A DNA stretch of 64,000 nucleotides from the human T2T-CHM13v2.0 reference genome, Homo sapiens. The stretch is taken from contig CP068257.2 in assembly GCA_009914755.4 (NCBI GenBank), positions 9,120,001 through 9,184,000 on the forward strand. Reading direction: 5' to 3'. The position numbers and the translations under genes were made by a program. Within the stretch, counting starts at the first letter, position 1. Every line of letters begins with the position of its first letter. The notes below the pieces were generated by a model that saw nothing but the letters and a program-made list of their open reading frames with translations, was not told the origin of the DNA and ran no database searches. Of the stretch, positions 39,961 through 52,422 are shown one piece after another.

Positions 39961-41423
39961 TTTTTTTTTTATTGATCATTCTTGGGTGTTTCTCGCAGAG
40001 GGGGATTTGGCAGGGTCATAGGACAATAGTGGAGGGAAGGTCAGCAGATAAACAAGTGAACAAAGGTCTCTGGTTTTCCTAGGCAGAGGACCCTGCGGCC
40101 TTCCGCAGTGTTTGTGTCCTTGGGTACTTGAGATTAGGGAGTGGTGATGACTCTTAACGAGCATGTTGCCTTCAAGCATCTGTTTAACAAAGCACATCTT
40201 GCACCGCCCTTGACCCATTTAACCCTGAGTGGACACAGCACATGTTTCAGAGAGCACAGGGTTGGGGGTAAGGTCATAGATCAACAGGATCCCAAGGCAG
40301 AAGAATTTTTCTTAGTACAGAACAAAATGAAAAGTCTCCCATGTCTACTTCTTTCTACACAGACACAGCAGCCATCCGATTTCTCAATCTTTTCCCTACC
40401 TTTCCCCCTTTTCTATTCCACAAAACCGCGATTGTCATCATGGCCCGTTCTCAATGAGCTGTTGGGTAACCTCCCAGACGGGGTTGTGGCCGGACAGAGG
40501 GGCTCCTCACTTCCCAGTAGGGGCGGCTGGGCAGAGTCGCCCCTCACCTCCCGGATGGGGTGGCTGGCCGGGCAGGGGCTGACCCCTCACCTCCCTCCCG
40601 GACAGGGCAGCTGGCCGGGCGGGTCTGATCCCCCACCTCCCTCCCGGACGGGGCGGCTGCCGGGCGGAGAAGCTCCTCACTTCCCAGACAGGGTGGCTGC
40701 CGGGCAGAGGCGCTCCTCACATCCCAGACGGGGCGGTGGAGCAGAGGCACTCCCCACATCTCAGATGATGGGCGGCCGGGCAGAGACACTCCTCACTTCC
40801 TAGATGGGATGGCGGCCGGGAAGAGGCGCTCCTCACTTCCTAGACGGGATGGCGCCGGGCAGAGACGCTCCTCACTTTCCAGACTGGGCAGCCAGGCAGA
40901 GGGGCTCCTCACATCCCAGATGATGGGCAGCCAGGCAGAGACACTCCTCACTTCCCAGACGGGGTGGCGGCCGGGCAGAGGCTGCAATCTCGGCACTTTG
41001 GGAGGCCAAGGCAGGTGGCTGGGAGGTGGTTGTAGCGAGCCGAGATCACGCCACTGCACTCCAGCCTGGGCACCATTGAGCACTGAGTGAACGAGACTCC
41101 GTCTGCAATCCTGCCACCTCGGGAGGCCGAGGCTGGCGGATCACTCGTGGCTAGGAGCTGGAGACCAGCCCGGCCAACACAGCGAAACCCCGTCTCCAGC
41201 AAAAAAATATGAAAACCAGTCAGGCGTGGCAGCGCGCGCCTGCAATCGCAGGCACTTGGCAGGCTGAGGCAGGAGAATCAGGCAGGGAGGTTGCAGTGAG
41301 CCGAGATGGCAGCAGTACAGTCCAGCTTCGGCTCGCCATCAGAGGGAGACCGTGGAAAGAGAGGGAGAGGGAGACCGTGGGGAAAGAGGGAGAGGGAGAG
41401 GGAGAGGGAGAGGGAGAGGGCAG
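39961..41423 (-). mobile_element. Complete SVA retrotransposon (hominoid-specific), minus orientation. Coordinates increase through poly-T (rc poly-A) at 39961-39971, SINE-R, VNTR (about 40480-40990), Alu-like (about 40990-41330) and (GAGAGG)n hexamers (41335-41423).
   Basis: tttttttttttattgatcattcttgggtgtttctcgcagagggggatttggcagggtcataggacaatagtggagggaaggtcagcagataaacaagtgaacaaaggtctctggttttcctaggcagaggaccctgcggcc is the rc of the SVA SINE-R 3' end. VNTR units are ggggcggctggccgggcagaggggctcctcacttcccagac. The antisense Alu-like segment is tgcaatctcggcactttgggaggccaaggcagg...gccactgcactccagcctgggc. It ends in gagggagagggagagggagagggagagggagagggcagg. Confidence 0.9.
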
Positions 41424-42719
41424 GTGTTTTTCATTCATTCCTCTGAAGCACATGGTGTTTTCATTTCTAATTTGTGGAAGAATTTAGTGCAAAACTTGGA
41501 GCACAATTATTAGGGCCAATGACAACCCACATATGTGGAATTTTGAGGACTTTTGCAGATTTTATGGATTTGGTGCAGTTCTACAGCAAACTATAAAATT
41601 ATTATTGCAGACTAAAAGATTGTAAAAGTTAAAACACAAACTATCTGAATTACAGCGCCCAGCAAAACGTTCAAGAAACAGTTAAGTCATCACGCACATC
41701 CCTATCATTTGGTATTCTAATGCTTCATTTAGCTAAATATTTTTTATCAGCTTTTTGTCTTAATAATTTCTGGAAATAGGATGATAATTTTGTTTTCACA
41801 GTTGGTGATTGTATATGGACAGAAGGTATGAAAGAGGATGAGATTTCTAACTTTCAGATAAAAAGTTTGGCATATTCTATTAGTTCCACCTCATTAATTT
41901 TATTACTTATTTTTTTCAGTTCTTATTTTGTTTCATTTTTGAATATGGTATCTGCTGTATGTTGATAATGGTGAGTTAAAAATTTATCAGCTGCAGCCAT
42001 ACATCTGTCTGTTTTTTGTTTTATATATATACACTTTGGGGCTTTTTTATTTGGTATATTAAAGTTTATTCATGTCATATCTTTATTATTAGCTTACCAA
42101 TTTAACATAATACAATGCTCTTTTAACTCAATAAGAGACTTGAAATACTACATAGCCTGCAATTATATTACCAAATCTGCTTTTCTTTTGTATATATTTA
42201 ATTAGTTACAATGTACCCAATCCTTAATTTATGCCCCTCTAATCCAGCTTTCGGTTGTTTCTAGGCAGCAACATCTTGTAACATTGTGTTGTTGGATTTT
42301 GTTTTAATTCAACTTAAGACACGGTAAACATAGATAGTGGAATTTAAGCCCTTAACACCCAATACCAATTTATTTTGAACTGTTTAAACTCACGATCCTC
42401 TACTTCTTTTCCTTGCTTATGGCTTTGTAGAGGCCGGCGTGCAGCACTAAGAGGGTAAGGAACGCAGTGGGAAATCTCTGAGCCCCATTTAGGGTTGTCG
42501 CAAATAGAAAGAGGCCAGGTCCTCTTGCTTACTTTGTTGGTGGGGTTCCCTCGCACACTCATGCCTTCTTGAATGCTCATATTCATGCACTTTCACACTC
42601 ACTTCCCCACGTTCACGCCTCACACAGTAGTGTATATAACATTTTCTGGTTTTACAGTGTTTAAAACTTAGCCTTTAGGGGTGACTGATGCTTTTCTGGG
42701 TAAAATGCTGAGCACTGTG

Positions 42720-43400
42720 AAGGGACTGCATGAGATCAAAAGATCCCCCATCCTGGGAGAAGTTCTGGCTGATTTGGGAGCTGATCCCTGGAGAAGTTCT
42801 GGTTGATTTGGGAGCTGATCCTTGGAGAAGTTCTGGTTGATTTGGGAGCTGATCCTGGGAGAAGTTCTGGCTGATTTGGGGGCTGATCCTTGGAGAAGTT
42901 CTGGTTGATTTGGGGGCTGAACCTTGGAGAAGTTCTGGTAGATTTGGGAGCTGAACCTTGGAGAAGTTCTGGTTGATTTGGGAGCTGAACCTTGGAGAAG
43001 TTTTGGTTGATTTGGGAGCTGATCCTTGGAGAAGTTTTGGTTGATTTGGGGGCTGATCCTTGGAGAAGTTCTGGTTGATTTGGGAGCTGATCCTTGGAGA
43101 AGTTCTGGTTGATTTGGGAGCTGATCCTTGGAGAAGTTCTGGTTGACTTGGGGGCTGAACCTTTGAGAAGTTCTGGTTGATTTGGGAGCTGATCCTTGGA
43201 GAAGTTCTGGTTGACTTGGGGGCTGAACCTTTGAGAAGTTCTGGTTGATTTGGGAGCTGATCCTTGGAGAAGTTTTGGTTGATTTGGGAGCTGATCCTTG
43301 GAGAAGTTCCGGCTGATTTGGGAGCTGATCCTTGGAGAAATTCTGGCTGATTTGGGAGCTGAACCTTGGAGAAGTTCTGACTGATCCTTGGTGAGCATCA
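42720..43400. repeat. 34-bp minisatellite/VNTR, about 20 copies
   Basis: Unit ctgatccttggagaagttctggttgatttgggag repeated head-to-tail with point variants. The minus-strand ORFs of 245 and 221 aa show a 34-aa period (3 x 34 bp), which is the translation artefact of this array. Confidence 0.95.
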
Positions 43401-44985
43401 TGCACTCCTGGGTTTTATCCTCTGCGCATTAGAGAGGTCAGGCCATGAATGGTCCTATATCAAGATGAGCACTGAACTTGATTATTTTCTTCCTGACTTT
43501 CATAACCAACAATCAGTGCATTATCATTATCTTCTACTCCATGGATTTAAACATCTTGTTTCTGTATAACAAACCAAACTGTGTACTTTTCACACTACAT
43601 GTGATTTAAAAATAATGTTCCTAAGTTTTCAGGGGGTGTCTGTTCATCCTCCTGCTGTTCGTAATTATGCCAACAGTAGTAGCTACCACTGATTGCATTT
43701 CTTTACTGTTCTGACCCTCACTATGTACCCACAGCACCTTACCCCAGCCCCTGCCTAAGGCACGGGTGTTATTTCTAGTTGATAGATGCGGAACCCGAGG
43801 CTCCTGTAGCGAATGAACATCAGAGCACATATTTAACCCAGCTTTTGGCTCTAGAAGTCCTCGTTCTTTGTTGTTCAAGGAAGGTGCCATCTGGGACACT
43901 GTCTTTCATGCACCAGGTTGGAGAATGGCATGAGTTAGGGAATCAGCCTTTTTGGGAAGGCAGAAGCTTGCAGAACCCAGGAGGAGAAAAGCCCAGTGTC
44001 CCTCATCCTCTCATCTTTGCCATAGAGAAAACATGAGGACCAAGATGTTTTTCTGACCAGTAGCATGGACTTGCATTCCACTGGGGCCACTCTGACTTTT
44101 ACAAAGGGCAAGCCTGAAAGCAAACTTGTCGATGTTGAATGAGATTTCCTCAGTACCAAGCAGTCTGCATGTGGTGTAGCTGTTTATGAATTGCCTGGGA
44201 ACAGGAACTGCCCAGAACCTGGGTATCCTGGGACTTGTGGGGAAAAGGGGCTATGAGGATATCAGTGCTACAGGTCGCTTAGTGTCACATGGTCCCTATT
44301 TCCAGGGACCCAGTGTTGAGGATTCTCAGTGAGCATGTGTTTCAGGCAAGTCAGAGCGAGCGTCTGGAGCCACTTTGCGACAATCCACTTATTGCTCCTT
44401 CTACAATCCAGCACTGTTCTCATATTGTTTGGTAAATTTTGTTTTTTAATATCTCAGCTGGAGAATGTGTGTTTTGTGGAAGAAATGACCAACTAGTAGA
44501 ATGCCTTCCATTTGTAATAAAATCCTTGCTGAGTTTGAGTTAATAGGCCTCCAAGGAAGAGCAAGTTAAAATAGAACTGGACAGAGTGCTAAATAAAATA
44601 CTGTCCAGCATAATCTACTGCCCTCAAGGGAGAGAGCCAAATGACTCAATACGGGTTTTCCATCTTCAATTTCAATAGCCCGATGTCAGGATCAAGCAGC
44701 AGAACATGCTGACTACCTCAGTATGCTCCCTGCATTCAAAGTTTCTTTTCCCATGGCCTCTTCTGCTCCTGTGATGCCATCCCCAAGATGCTTAAAGTTC
44801 ACAGACATGAAAGTCCTTTTACTAGCATTGCAGATCGAGGGGTAGGTAGTGACGTTCTAAAGGAACGAAACAGAATGTGGACCACAGAGAGATCGGCAAT
44901 TAACACTGCCACCTGTTTTAGTCATTTGTTTGTTTTAATTGGGAGGTTTATATATGGTTATAATCTGTCATTTGTATTAATGTAG

Positions 44986-45345
<360 letters not shown>

Positions 45346-45877
45346 TTGAAGTTTTTTAGTTCAATGATCTTGGCATTTTCAAGATTTGCTATGTAATGAC
45401 TGCTCCATACCCCTTTCCTATCCATGGGAGTTCAGTTTCAAATGCACTGAGCATTCAAAGTAAGTCATCCTGGAAACAGCATGTCTGGTGATTTCCTAGT
45501 TGGGAAAATCTTCTGTTTAGCTGAGAGGGAAATTGCTATGGTTTGAGAAGAGACATTCTATGGTGAAATTTAGGGGAGAAATATATTATCTTTACAGGCG
45601 TCCTGGATACAAAACCAAACTGCGCTGCGCTCTACATGAAGAACTAATTTTATTGTGGGGTTTTTTTTGTTTTTTTTTGTTTTCAGAAAGTCTGAGGCTG
45701 ATATGAATGGAGTAGAGAAAGAGGGAAGGATGGTAGGAAAACACACCTCATTTTCCAGCCAGTGGCCATAGCCAGCCTCATCCCCAAGAAGCCTAAACAT
45801 TTTATACTTGTGTGAGTCTTCATATGAGCACATTCACTTCACTAAGGCTGCAACGTCCTGGAGAGATGAATGGTTTC

Positions 45878-46062
45878 CATTCACAGATGACAACCCTGAT
45901 GGCCCATACTCAGTGACAGGGATGGTCCACAGCTGACAAACCTGGTGGCCCATACTTGGTGACAGGGATGGTCCACAGCTGACAACACTAGTGGCCTATA
46001 CTCAGTGATGAGGATGGTCCACAACTGACAACCCTGGTGGTCCATACTCAGTGACAGGGATG
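45878..46062. repeat. Tandem repeat of about 46 bp, 4 copies
   Basis: ctgacaaccctgatggcccatactcagtgacagggatggtccacag | ctgacaaacctggtggcccatacttggtgacagggatggtccacag | ctgacaacactagtggcctatactcagtgatgaggatggtccacaa | ctgacaaccctggtggtccatactcagtgacagggatgg. Confidence 0.9.
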
Positions 46063-46389
46063 GAAGTCCTTCTCCATTTGCCCTTTATTAGAGAGATATA
46101 TCAGGCTCATTGTGTGGAAGGAAACATTTTCCAATGTACTCCACATGCACTCTGTGATGCTCATTGTCCTCTGACATGTAATTAAACACTGACACTTTTC
46201 TCCTAGCTTTCCTAAATGGCTAATGACAGAGGGGTGGTACCAGCTGCCCCAGGGTAAACTACTGAGCAAATCTAAAGGTGTGTCTTCTAGTTCCATCTTC
46301 TGTTAGAAAAACCAAATGCTCACAAAATGCAATAACAGTTTAAACCACAACTGCTCTCTCACAATGTTTTTCATCAATCATTATAATAA

Positions 46390-47530
46390 TATTGTTTTTA
46401 AAATAAACTTTGTTTTAGGAGATTTGCATATCTACAGAAACATTGTGAACTTAGAGTAGACAGAGTTCACATCCACCCCCGGCTGTGTTTATCATTAACG
46501 TCTTACAATATTATATATATTATATTAGTGCATTTATTATTATTCATGTACCAATATTGATATATTTTTATTACTTAAAGCCTATATTTTACTTATATTT
46601 ATGTGGTTTACACTGAGTGTCCTTTTCTGTTCTGGGATCTCATTCAGGATCCCAAGAAACATTTAGCTGTCAAGTCTCCTGAGGCTCCTCTGGCTGAGGC
46701 AGTTGCTGGGACATTTTCTGCTTTGTATGACCTTGCAGGTTTGGAAGAGCACCAATCAGGGGTACAATAGGATGCCCCATACTGAAATCTTTATGTTGTT
46801 ATTCTCATGATTAGACTGGGGTCATGGCTTTTAGGGAGGAGAACCACAGAGGTAAGGTGCCATCGTCATCACATCATCTGAAGGGTACATACTGTCAACA
46901 TGACTAATCACTATTTATGGTGACCTTGTTCACCTTGCCAAGGTGGTGTTTGTTAGGTTTTCTCTTTCCATAGTGCACTCTTTAGAAGGAGGCTACTTTG
47001 TGCAGCCCACACTTAATGAGTGAGAAGTTTTGCTCCACCTCCTGAGGGTGGAGTATCCAGACAAATTATTTAGAATTCTTATGCATAATTTGTCTCATAT
47101 CTCCCATTTAAATATTTACTCAATTATCTATTAGTACCAGTATGGACTCATGGATATTTATTTGGTACTTTGAGTTAAAATTATATATTATTCTATTTAT
47201 TTTATTGCTCAAATTTTTCCAGTTCAAAAATTACCCACTACAATAGTTATGTAGTGGTACTTTGTTGTCATTTTAAGTTGCAATTCTCTGTTGACAAACA
47301 ATATTGAGCATTTTTTCATATCCTTATTTGGCATCTGTTTACCTTCTTTGGTGAGGGGTCTGTTCAGGTTTTTTTACATTATTTAACTGGGTTGCTTGTT
47401 TTCTTATTGTTGAATTTTAAGAGTTCTTTGTACATTTTAGATACACATTTTTTATCAGATATGCATTTTGAAAATATTTTCTACAAGTCTGTGGCTTGTC
47501 TATGATACTTTTAAAAATCTATTTTCACAC
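46390..47530 (-). mobile_element. Ancient L1M fragment (3' region and ORF2 C-terminus), minus orientation
   Basis: ...gcaattctctgttgacaaacaatattgagcattttttcatatccttatttggcatctgtttaccttctttggtgaggggtctgttcaggtttttt...gttgaattttaagagttctttgtacattttagatacacattttttatcagatatgcattttgaaaatattttctacaagtctgtggcttgtc parallels the rc of the L1 ORF2 end (gatgttgagcatcttttcatgtgcttattggccatttgtatatcttctttggagaaatgtctattc...gagttgtaagagttctttatatattctggatacaagtcccttatcagatatatgatttgcaaatattttctccc). Confidence 0.75.
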
Positions 47531-48490
47531 TCTAATGAGACATATGAAGAGGAAAGAAGTTAGTTAATTATAGGAGACCAATCATGTCTCTACATGGGGG
47601 TGTGTGAAGCCTCCTCCCTGGAGGAATCTACTTTTCCTTGGTCTTCCAAATACATTGTTATTTCCAAAACCATATATGAGGAGTATAAAAAAGATATGAG
47701 AATATATCAATACTCAAATAAAGAGAAAGTGTACTTAAAAAAAGAATTCTCACAATGACCAGTGAGGTAGATAAAACAGACATACATAAGCGTTCACGTT
47801 TATCAGATGCAGAAACTGAAGCCCAGGTAAGCCATATGACCCAGCTAGAGTCACTCAGTCGGCAAGAGATGGAGCCATGACTACACTCTTAGATTCTATC
47901 TCCTGGCCCCAAATTCACTTACCTTCATCACACTAGAACCATATCATGTTAGCCAACAGACCATCAGTGTGTTTGTTTAAAGTGCTAACTTACTGATAAT
48001 TCATGCATTTAACAGTGTATTTTTCAGATGCATTTGACCCTTGCTGTGTCAGATAAGTCACTTATTCAAAATGGAATAAGTTAAGATGTAGCATGAGCCT
48101 AACCGTGTCTTTGCTTTCTTGGCACTGTAAAGCTACAGTGGATCCTAAGTATTCTATCATCTGATTCTTCCAGACAATTCTTTATTGTACTCAACATTTT
48201 AGTGGCAGTAGTCCTTGGAATTTGCTAATCATTTTCCTTAAGAGTTTTGGAGGAAAATATCTGTTACTTAGCCAGCTAGCCAATTAGAAAATTAAAAGTC
48301 CCTTTAGATCATAATTTACCAGTCTTGAGACTACTGGCTTTTGGGCTGGATAATTCTTTGGTGTGGTGGGCTCTGATATATTATAAGATGCTTAGCAGCA
48401 TTCCAGGACTGTCCCTGCTAGATGCCAGTAGTATCCCTCCAGGATGCCACAACCATAAATGTCTCTAGAGATTGACAAGTGTCCCTTGGG

Positions 48491-50762
48491 GGCTCTATTG
48501 GTCCATTTTCACACTGCTGATAAAGATATACCTGAGACTGGGAAGAAAAATAGGTTTAATGGACTCCCAATTCCATGTGGCTTGGGAGGTCTCACAATCA
48601 TGGCAGAAGGAAACAGACACTTCTTACATGGCAGCAGCAAGAGAGAATGAGAACTGACTGAAAGGGGTTTCCCCTTATAAAACCATCATATCTCGTAAGA
48701 CTTACTGTCACAAGAGCAGCACAGGAAATACGTGCCCCCATGATTCAGTTACCCCCCACTTGGTCCCTCCCACAACACGGAATTGTGGCAGCTACAATTC
48801 AAGATGAGATTTCTGTGGGGACACAGCCAAAACATATCATTCTGTCCCTGGCCCCTCCCAAATCTCATGTCCTCAAATTTCAAAACCAATCATGCCTTCC
48901 CAGTAGAACCCCAAATTGTTAACCCATTTCAGCATTAATTCAAAAGTTTACAGTCCAATGTCTCATCTGAGACGAGGCAAGTCCCCTCTGTCTGTGAGCC
49001 CATAAAATCAAAAGCAAGTTAATTACTTTCTAGATACAATGTAGGTACATGTATTGGGTAAATACAGCTGTTACAAATGGGAGAAATTGGCCAAAACAAA
49101 GGGGCTACAGGCCCCATGCAAGTCCAAAATGCAGCAGGGAAGTCAAATTTTAAAGCTCCAAAATGATATCTTTTGACTCCATGTCTCACATCTGGGTCAT
49201 GCTGATGCAAGAGATGGGTTCCCGTGGTCTCAGGCAGCTCTGCCCCTGTGGCTTTGGAGGATACTGCCTCCCTCCCAGCTGCTTTCATGGGCTGGTATTG
49301 AGTGTCTGTGGCTTTTCCAGGTGCATTGTGCAAGCTGTCAGTGGATCTACCATTCTGGGGTCTGGAGGATGGTGGCTCTCTTCTTACAGCTTCACTAGGC
49401 AGCACCCTAGTGGGGAGTCTGTGGGGATCCCCACCCTACATTTCTCTTCTTCACTGCCCTGGTAGAGGTTCTCCATGAGGGCCCCACTGCTGCAGCAAAC
49501 TTTTGCCTGGACATCCAGATGTTTCCATAATATCTTCTGAAAAACTAGGCAGAGGTTCCCAAACCTCAATTCTTGACTCCTGTGCACCTGCAGGCTCAAC
49601 ACCACATGGAAGCTGCCAAGGCTTGGAACTTGCACCTTCTGAAGCCATGGCCCAAGCTGTACCTTGGCTCCTTTTAGTCATGGATGGAGCAACTGGAACA
49701 CAGTCCTTAGACTGCACACAGCAGAGAGACTCTGGTCCCGGCCAATGACACCATTTCTTCCTCCTAGGCCTCTGGGCCTGTGGTGGGAGGAGCTACCACG
49801 AAGGTCTCTGACATGCCCTGGAGACATTTTCCCCATTGTCTTGGTGATTAACATTCAGCTCCTCATTAATTATGCAAATTTCTGCAGCCAGCTTGAATTT
49901 CTCCTTAGAAAATGGGATTTTATTTTCTATCACATTGTCAGGCTGCAAATTTGTCAAACTTTTATGCTCTGTTTCCCTTTTAAAACTGAACACCTTTAAC
50001 AGCACCCAAGTCACACCTTGAATGCTTTGCTGTTTAGAAATTTCTTCTGCCAAATACCCTAAATCATCTCTCTCAAATTCAAAGTTCCACAAATCTCTAG
50101 GTCAGGGGCAAAATGCTGCCAGTATCTTTGCTAAAATATAGCAAGAGTCACCTTTGCTCCAGTTCCCAACAAATTCCTCCTCTCCATCTGAGACCACCTC
50201 AGCCCGGATTTCATTGCCCATATCATTATCAGCATTTTGCTCAAAGCCATTTAAAAAGTCTCTACTAGGGAGTTCCAAATATTCCCACATTTCCTGTCTT
50301 CTTCTGAGCCCTCCAAACAGTTTCAACCTATGCCTGTTAGCCAGTTCCAAAGTTGCTTTCACATTTTTTGGTATCTTTTCAGCAATGCCCCAGTCCACTG
50401 GTACCAATTTACTGTATTAGTTCATTTTCACACTACTGATAAAGACATACCTGAGACTGGAGAGAAAATAGGTTTAATAAACTCAGTTCCATGTGGCTAG
50501 GGAGGCCTCACAATCATGGTGGAAGGCGAAAAGTACTTCTTACATGGCAGCAGCAAGAGAGAATGGGAACTAAGTGAAAAGAGTTCTCCCTTACAAAACC
50601 ATTATGTCTCATGAGACTTATTAATTATCATGAGAAGATCATGGGAAAAGCCTTTCCCCATGATTCAATTACCTCCTACTGGATCCCTCCCACAACATGT
50701 GGGAATTGTGGAAGCTACAATTCAAGATAAGATTTGCATGGGGGCACAGCCAATCCATATCG
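48491..50762 (-). mobile_element. ERVL-MaLR (THE1/MST-like) element with both LTRs, minus orientation. LTR copies are at 48491-48846 and 50412-50762, and the internal region is about 1.56 kb.
   Basis: Both LTR copies read ...ttcattttcacactgctgataaagacatacctgagactgg...ggtttaat...ccatgtggct.gggagg.ctcacaatcatgg..gaagg..aaa...cttcttacatggcagcagcaagagagaatg...cccatgattca.ttacc.cc.act.g.tccctcccacaaca.g.gaattgtgg.agctacaattcaagat.agattt...gggg.cacagccaa..catatc. This is the reverse complement of the THE1 LTR consensus (tgatatggtttggctgtgtcccc...ggactaatacacc). The two copies are about 15% diverged. Confidence 0.85.
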
Positions 50763-51333
50763 GGGCAAAGTCCCCTCTGTCAAGAACCACTACTCTAGTG
50801 TTTAAACTGTTTGATGACTAAAGATTGCAGCAGCAGTAGATTATAATATGTTAATTTCAAGAAGCTGTAGACTTTATAAGTATAATTTATTGTTTTGTAT
50901 TTTTATTACTTTATTTATATCATAATTTGATCAAGCAAAACAAATTTAAATTTTCATTTCAAAATTGATAATAAAATGGAAGGAATAGGATTAAATGACA
51001 GGAAGGATAGAAAAGGCAAAATGGAGGTCAACTAGGGCTTAAATTTATTTTTGGCAAAATGAAACAATTTTCTGATTCAAAGAAATGTCCCTCATGGGAA
51101 CATCTTTTGCCTTTTGTCTTTTCATTATAGAATCATAGAATCTTAGAGCCAGTTGGGCCCACAGAGATTACCAGGTGAGTGCTAGAGAAAGAAGGGTAAA
51201 GCATTGGTGATAGGTTCATGTTCCTTCTTACTGCAGCCTGTTAGTCTGAGTGCTATAATACATATGACTTAATTATGGAAAATCTATAGTTAATTATAGC
51301 ATTAATTATAGCATAGAAATAATCTGAAAATTG

Positions 51334-51645
51334 GCCGGGCGCGGTGGCTCATGCCTGTAATCCCAGCACTTTGGGAGGCCAAGACGGGTGGATCACAAGG
51401 TCAGGAGATGGAGACCATCCTGGCTAACACAGTGAAACTCCATCTCTACTAAAAATACAAAAAAAAAAAAAAATTAGCCAGGCGTTGTGGCGGGTGTCTG
51501 TAGTCCCAGCTACTCAGGAGGCTGAGGCAGGAGAAAGGCATGAACCTAGGGGGCAGAGCTTGCAGTGAGCGGAGATCGTGCCACTGCACTCTGGCCTGGG
51601 TGAAAGAGCAAGACTCCATCTCAAAAAAAAAAAAAGAAAAGAAAG
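51334..51645 (+). mobile_element. Alu (AluY-like), plus orientation, with 11-12 bp TSD aatctgaaa(a)tt
   Basis: ggccgggcgcggtggctcatgcctgtaatcccagcactttgggaggccaagacgggtggatcacaaggtcaggagatggagaccatcctggctaacacagtgaaactccatctctactaaaaatac...ctgggtgaaagagcaagactccatctcaaaaaaaaaaaaag. aatctgaaaatt occurs at 51321-51332 and aatctgaaatt at 51646-51656. Confidence 0.95.
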
Positions 51646-52058
51646 AATCTGAAATTATACATAGCAACACATGGAAGTTGATTTGAAAAGTTGTCCGTTT
51701 TGAACTAGGACTCCCTGGAGAACTGGCTGACTCAAGGGCTAGGGAAGGGAAAATGCATGATGAACCTGGAGGACCTTGTGTTGCCAGAAAGTAAGGGGTC
51801 AGGGAACAGGCCTGACAAAGCAACATGCAGCCAACCTGAAAGAGCTCCCAGTGGCCAAAGCTGGAAAACTTTGAACAACAAAATTAATAAAAATACTACT
51901 GAGTTATAACCCAAAGAAAAAAGTAAATATCTGTGAGTTTATACTGATAAAAATAAATGGTTAAATACATAATAACTGAAGAAGTGAAAAAAATCTTCCT
52001 TGTGGAAGATTTCCAAATAGTAAACATAAAAGAAAGGAGGGAAATGGAAGACACCACT

Positions 52059-52422
52059 TGATGTGGTTTGGCTGTGTCCCCACTCAAATCTTGTCTTGAA
52101 TTGTAGCTCCCATAATCCCCACCTGGCCTGGGAGGTACCCAGTGGGAGGTAATTGAATCATGGCTCTGATTTTTTCCCATGCTGTTCTGGTGATAGTGAA
52201 TAAATCTCATGAGATCTGATGGTTTATAAAGGGCAGTTCCCCTCCACATGCTCTCTTGCTTACCACCATACAAGATGTGCCTTTGCTCTATCTTTGCCTT
52301 CCACCATGATTGTGAGGCCTCCCCAGTCCTGTGGAACTGTGAGTCCATTAAACATCTTTTTCTTTATAAATTACCCAGTCTCCCATATGTCTTTGTTAGC
52401 AGTGTAAGAATGGACTAATACA
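52059..52422 (+). mobile_element. Solo THE1/MST (MaLR) LTR, plus orientation, flanked by 5-bp TSD ccact
   Basis: tgatgtggtttggctgtgtccccactcaaatcttgtcttgaattgtagctcccataatccccacctggcctgggaggtacccagtgggaggtaattgaatcatgg...ccaccatgattgtgaggcctccccagtcctgtggaactgtgagtccattaaacatctttttctttataaattacccagtctcccatatgtctttgttagcagtgtaagaatggactaatacacca. ccact occurs at 52054-52058 and 52423-52427. Confidence 0.9.

Noticed and set aside
39961-41423. Target-site duplication for the SVA
   Set aside because: I could not find a convincing match between the flank left of 39961 (or of 39771) and the flank right of 41423 by eye, so I left it unreported rather than guess.
42668-43405. 245-aa and 221-aa minus-strand ORFs
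   Set aside because: They are pure translation of the 34-bp VNTR with a 34-aa period and no unique sequence.
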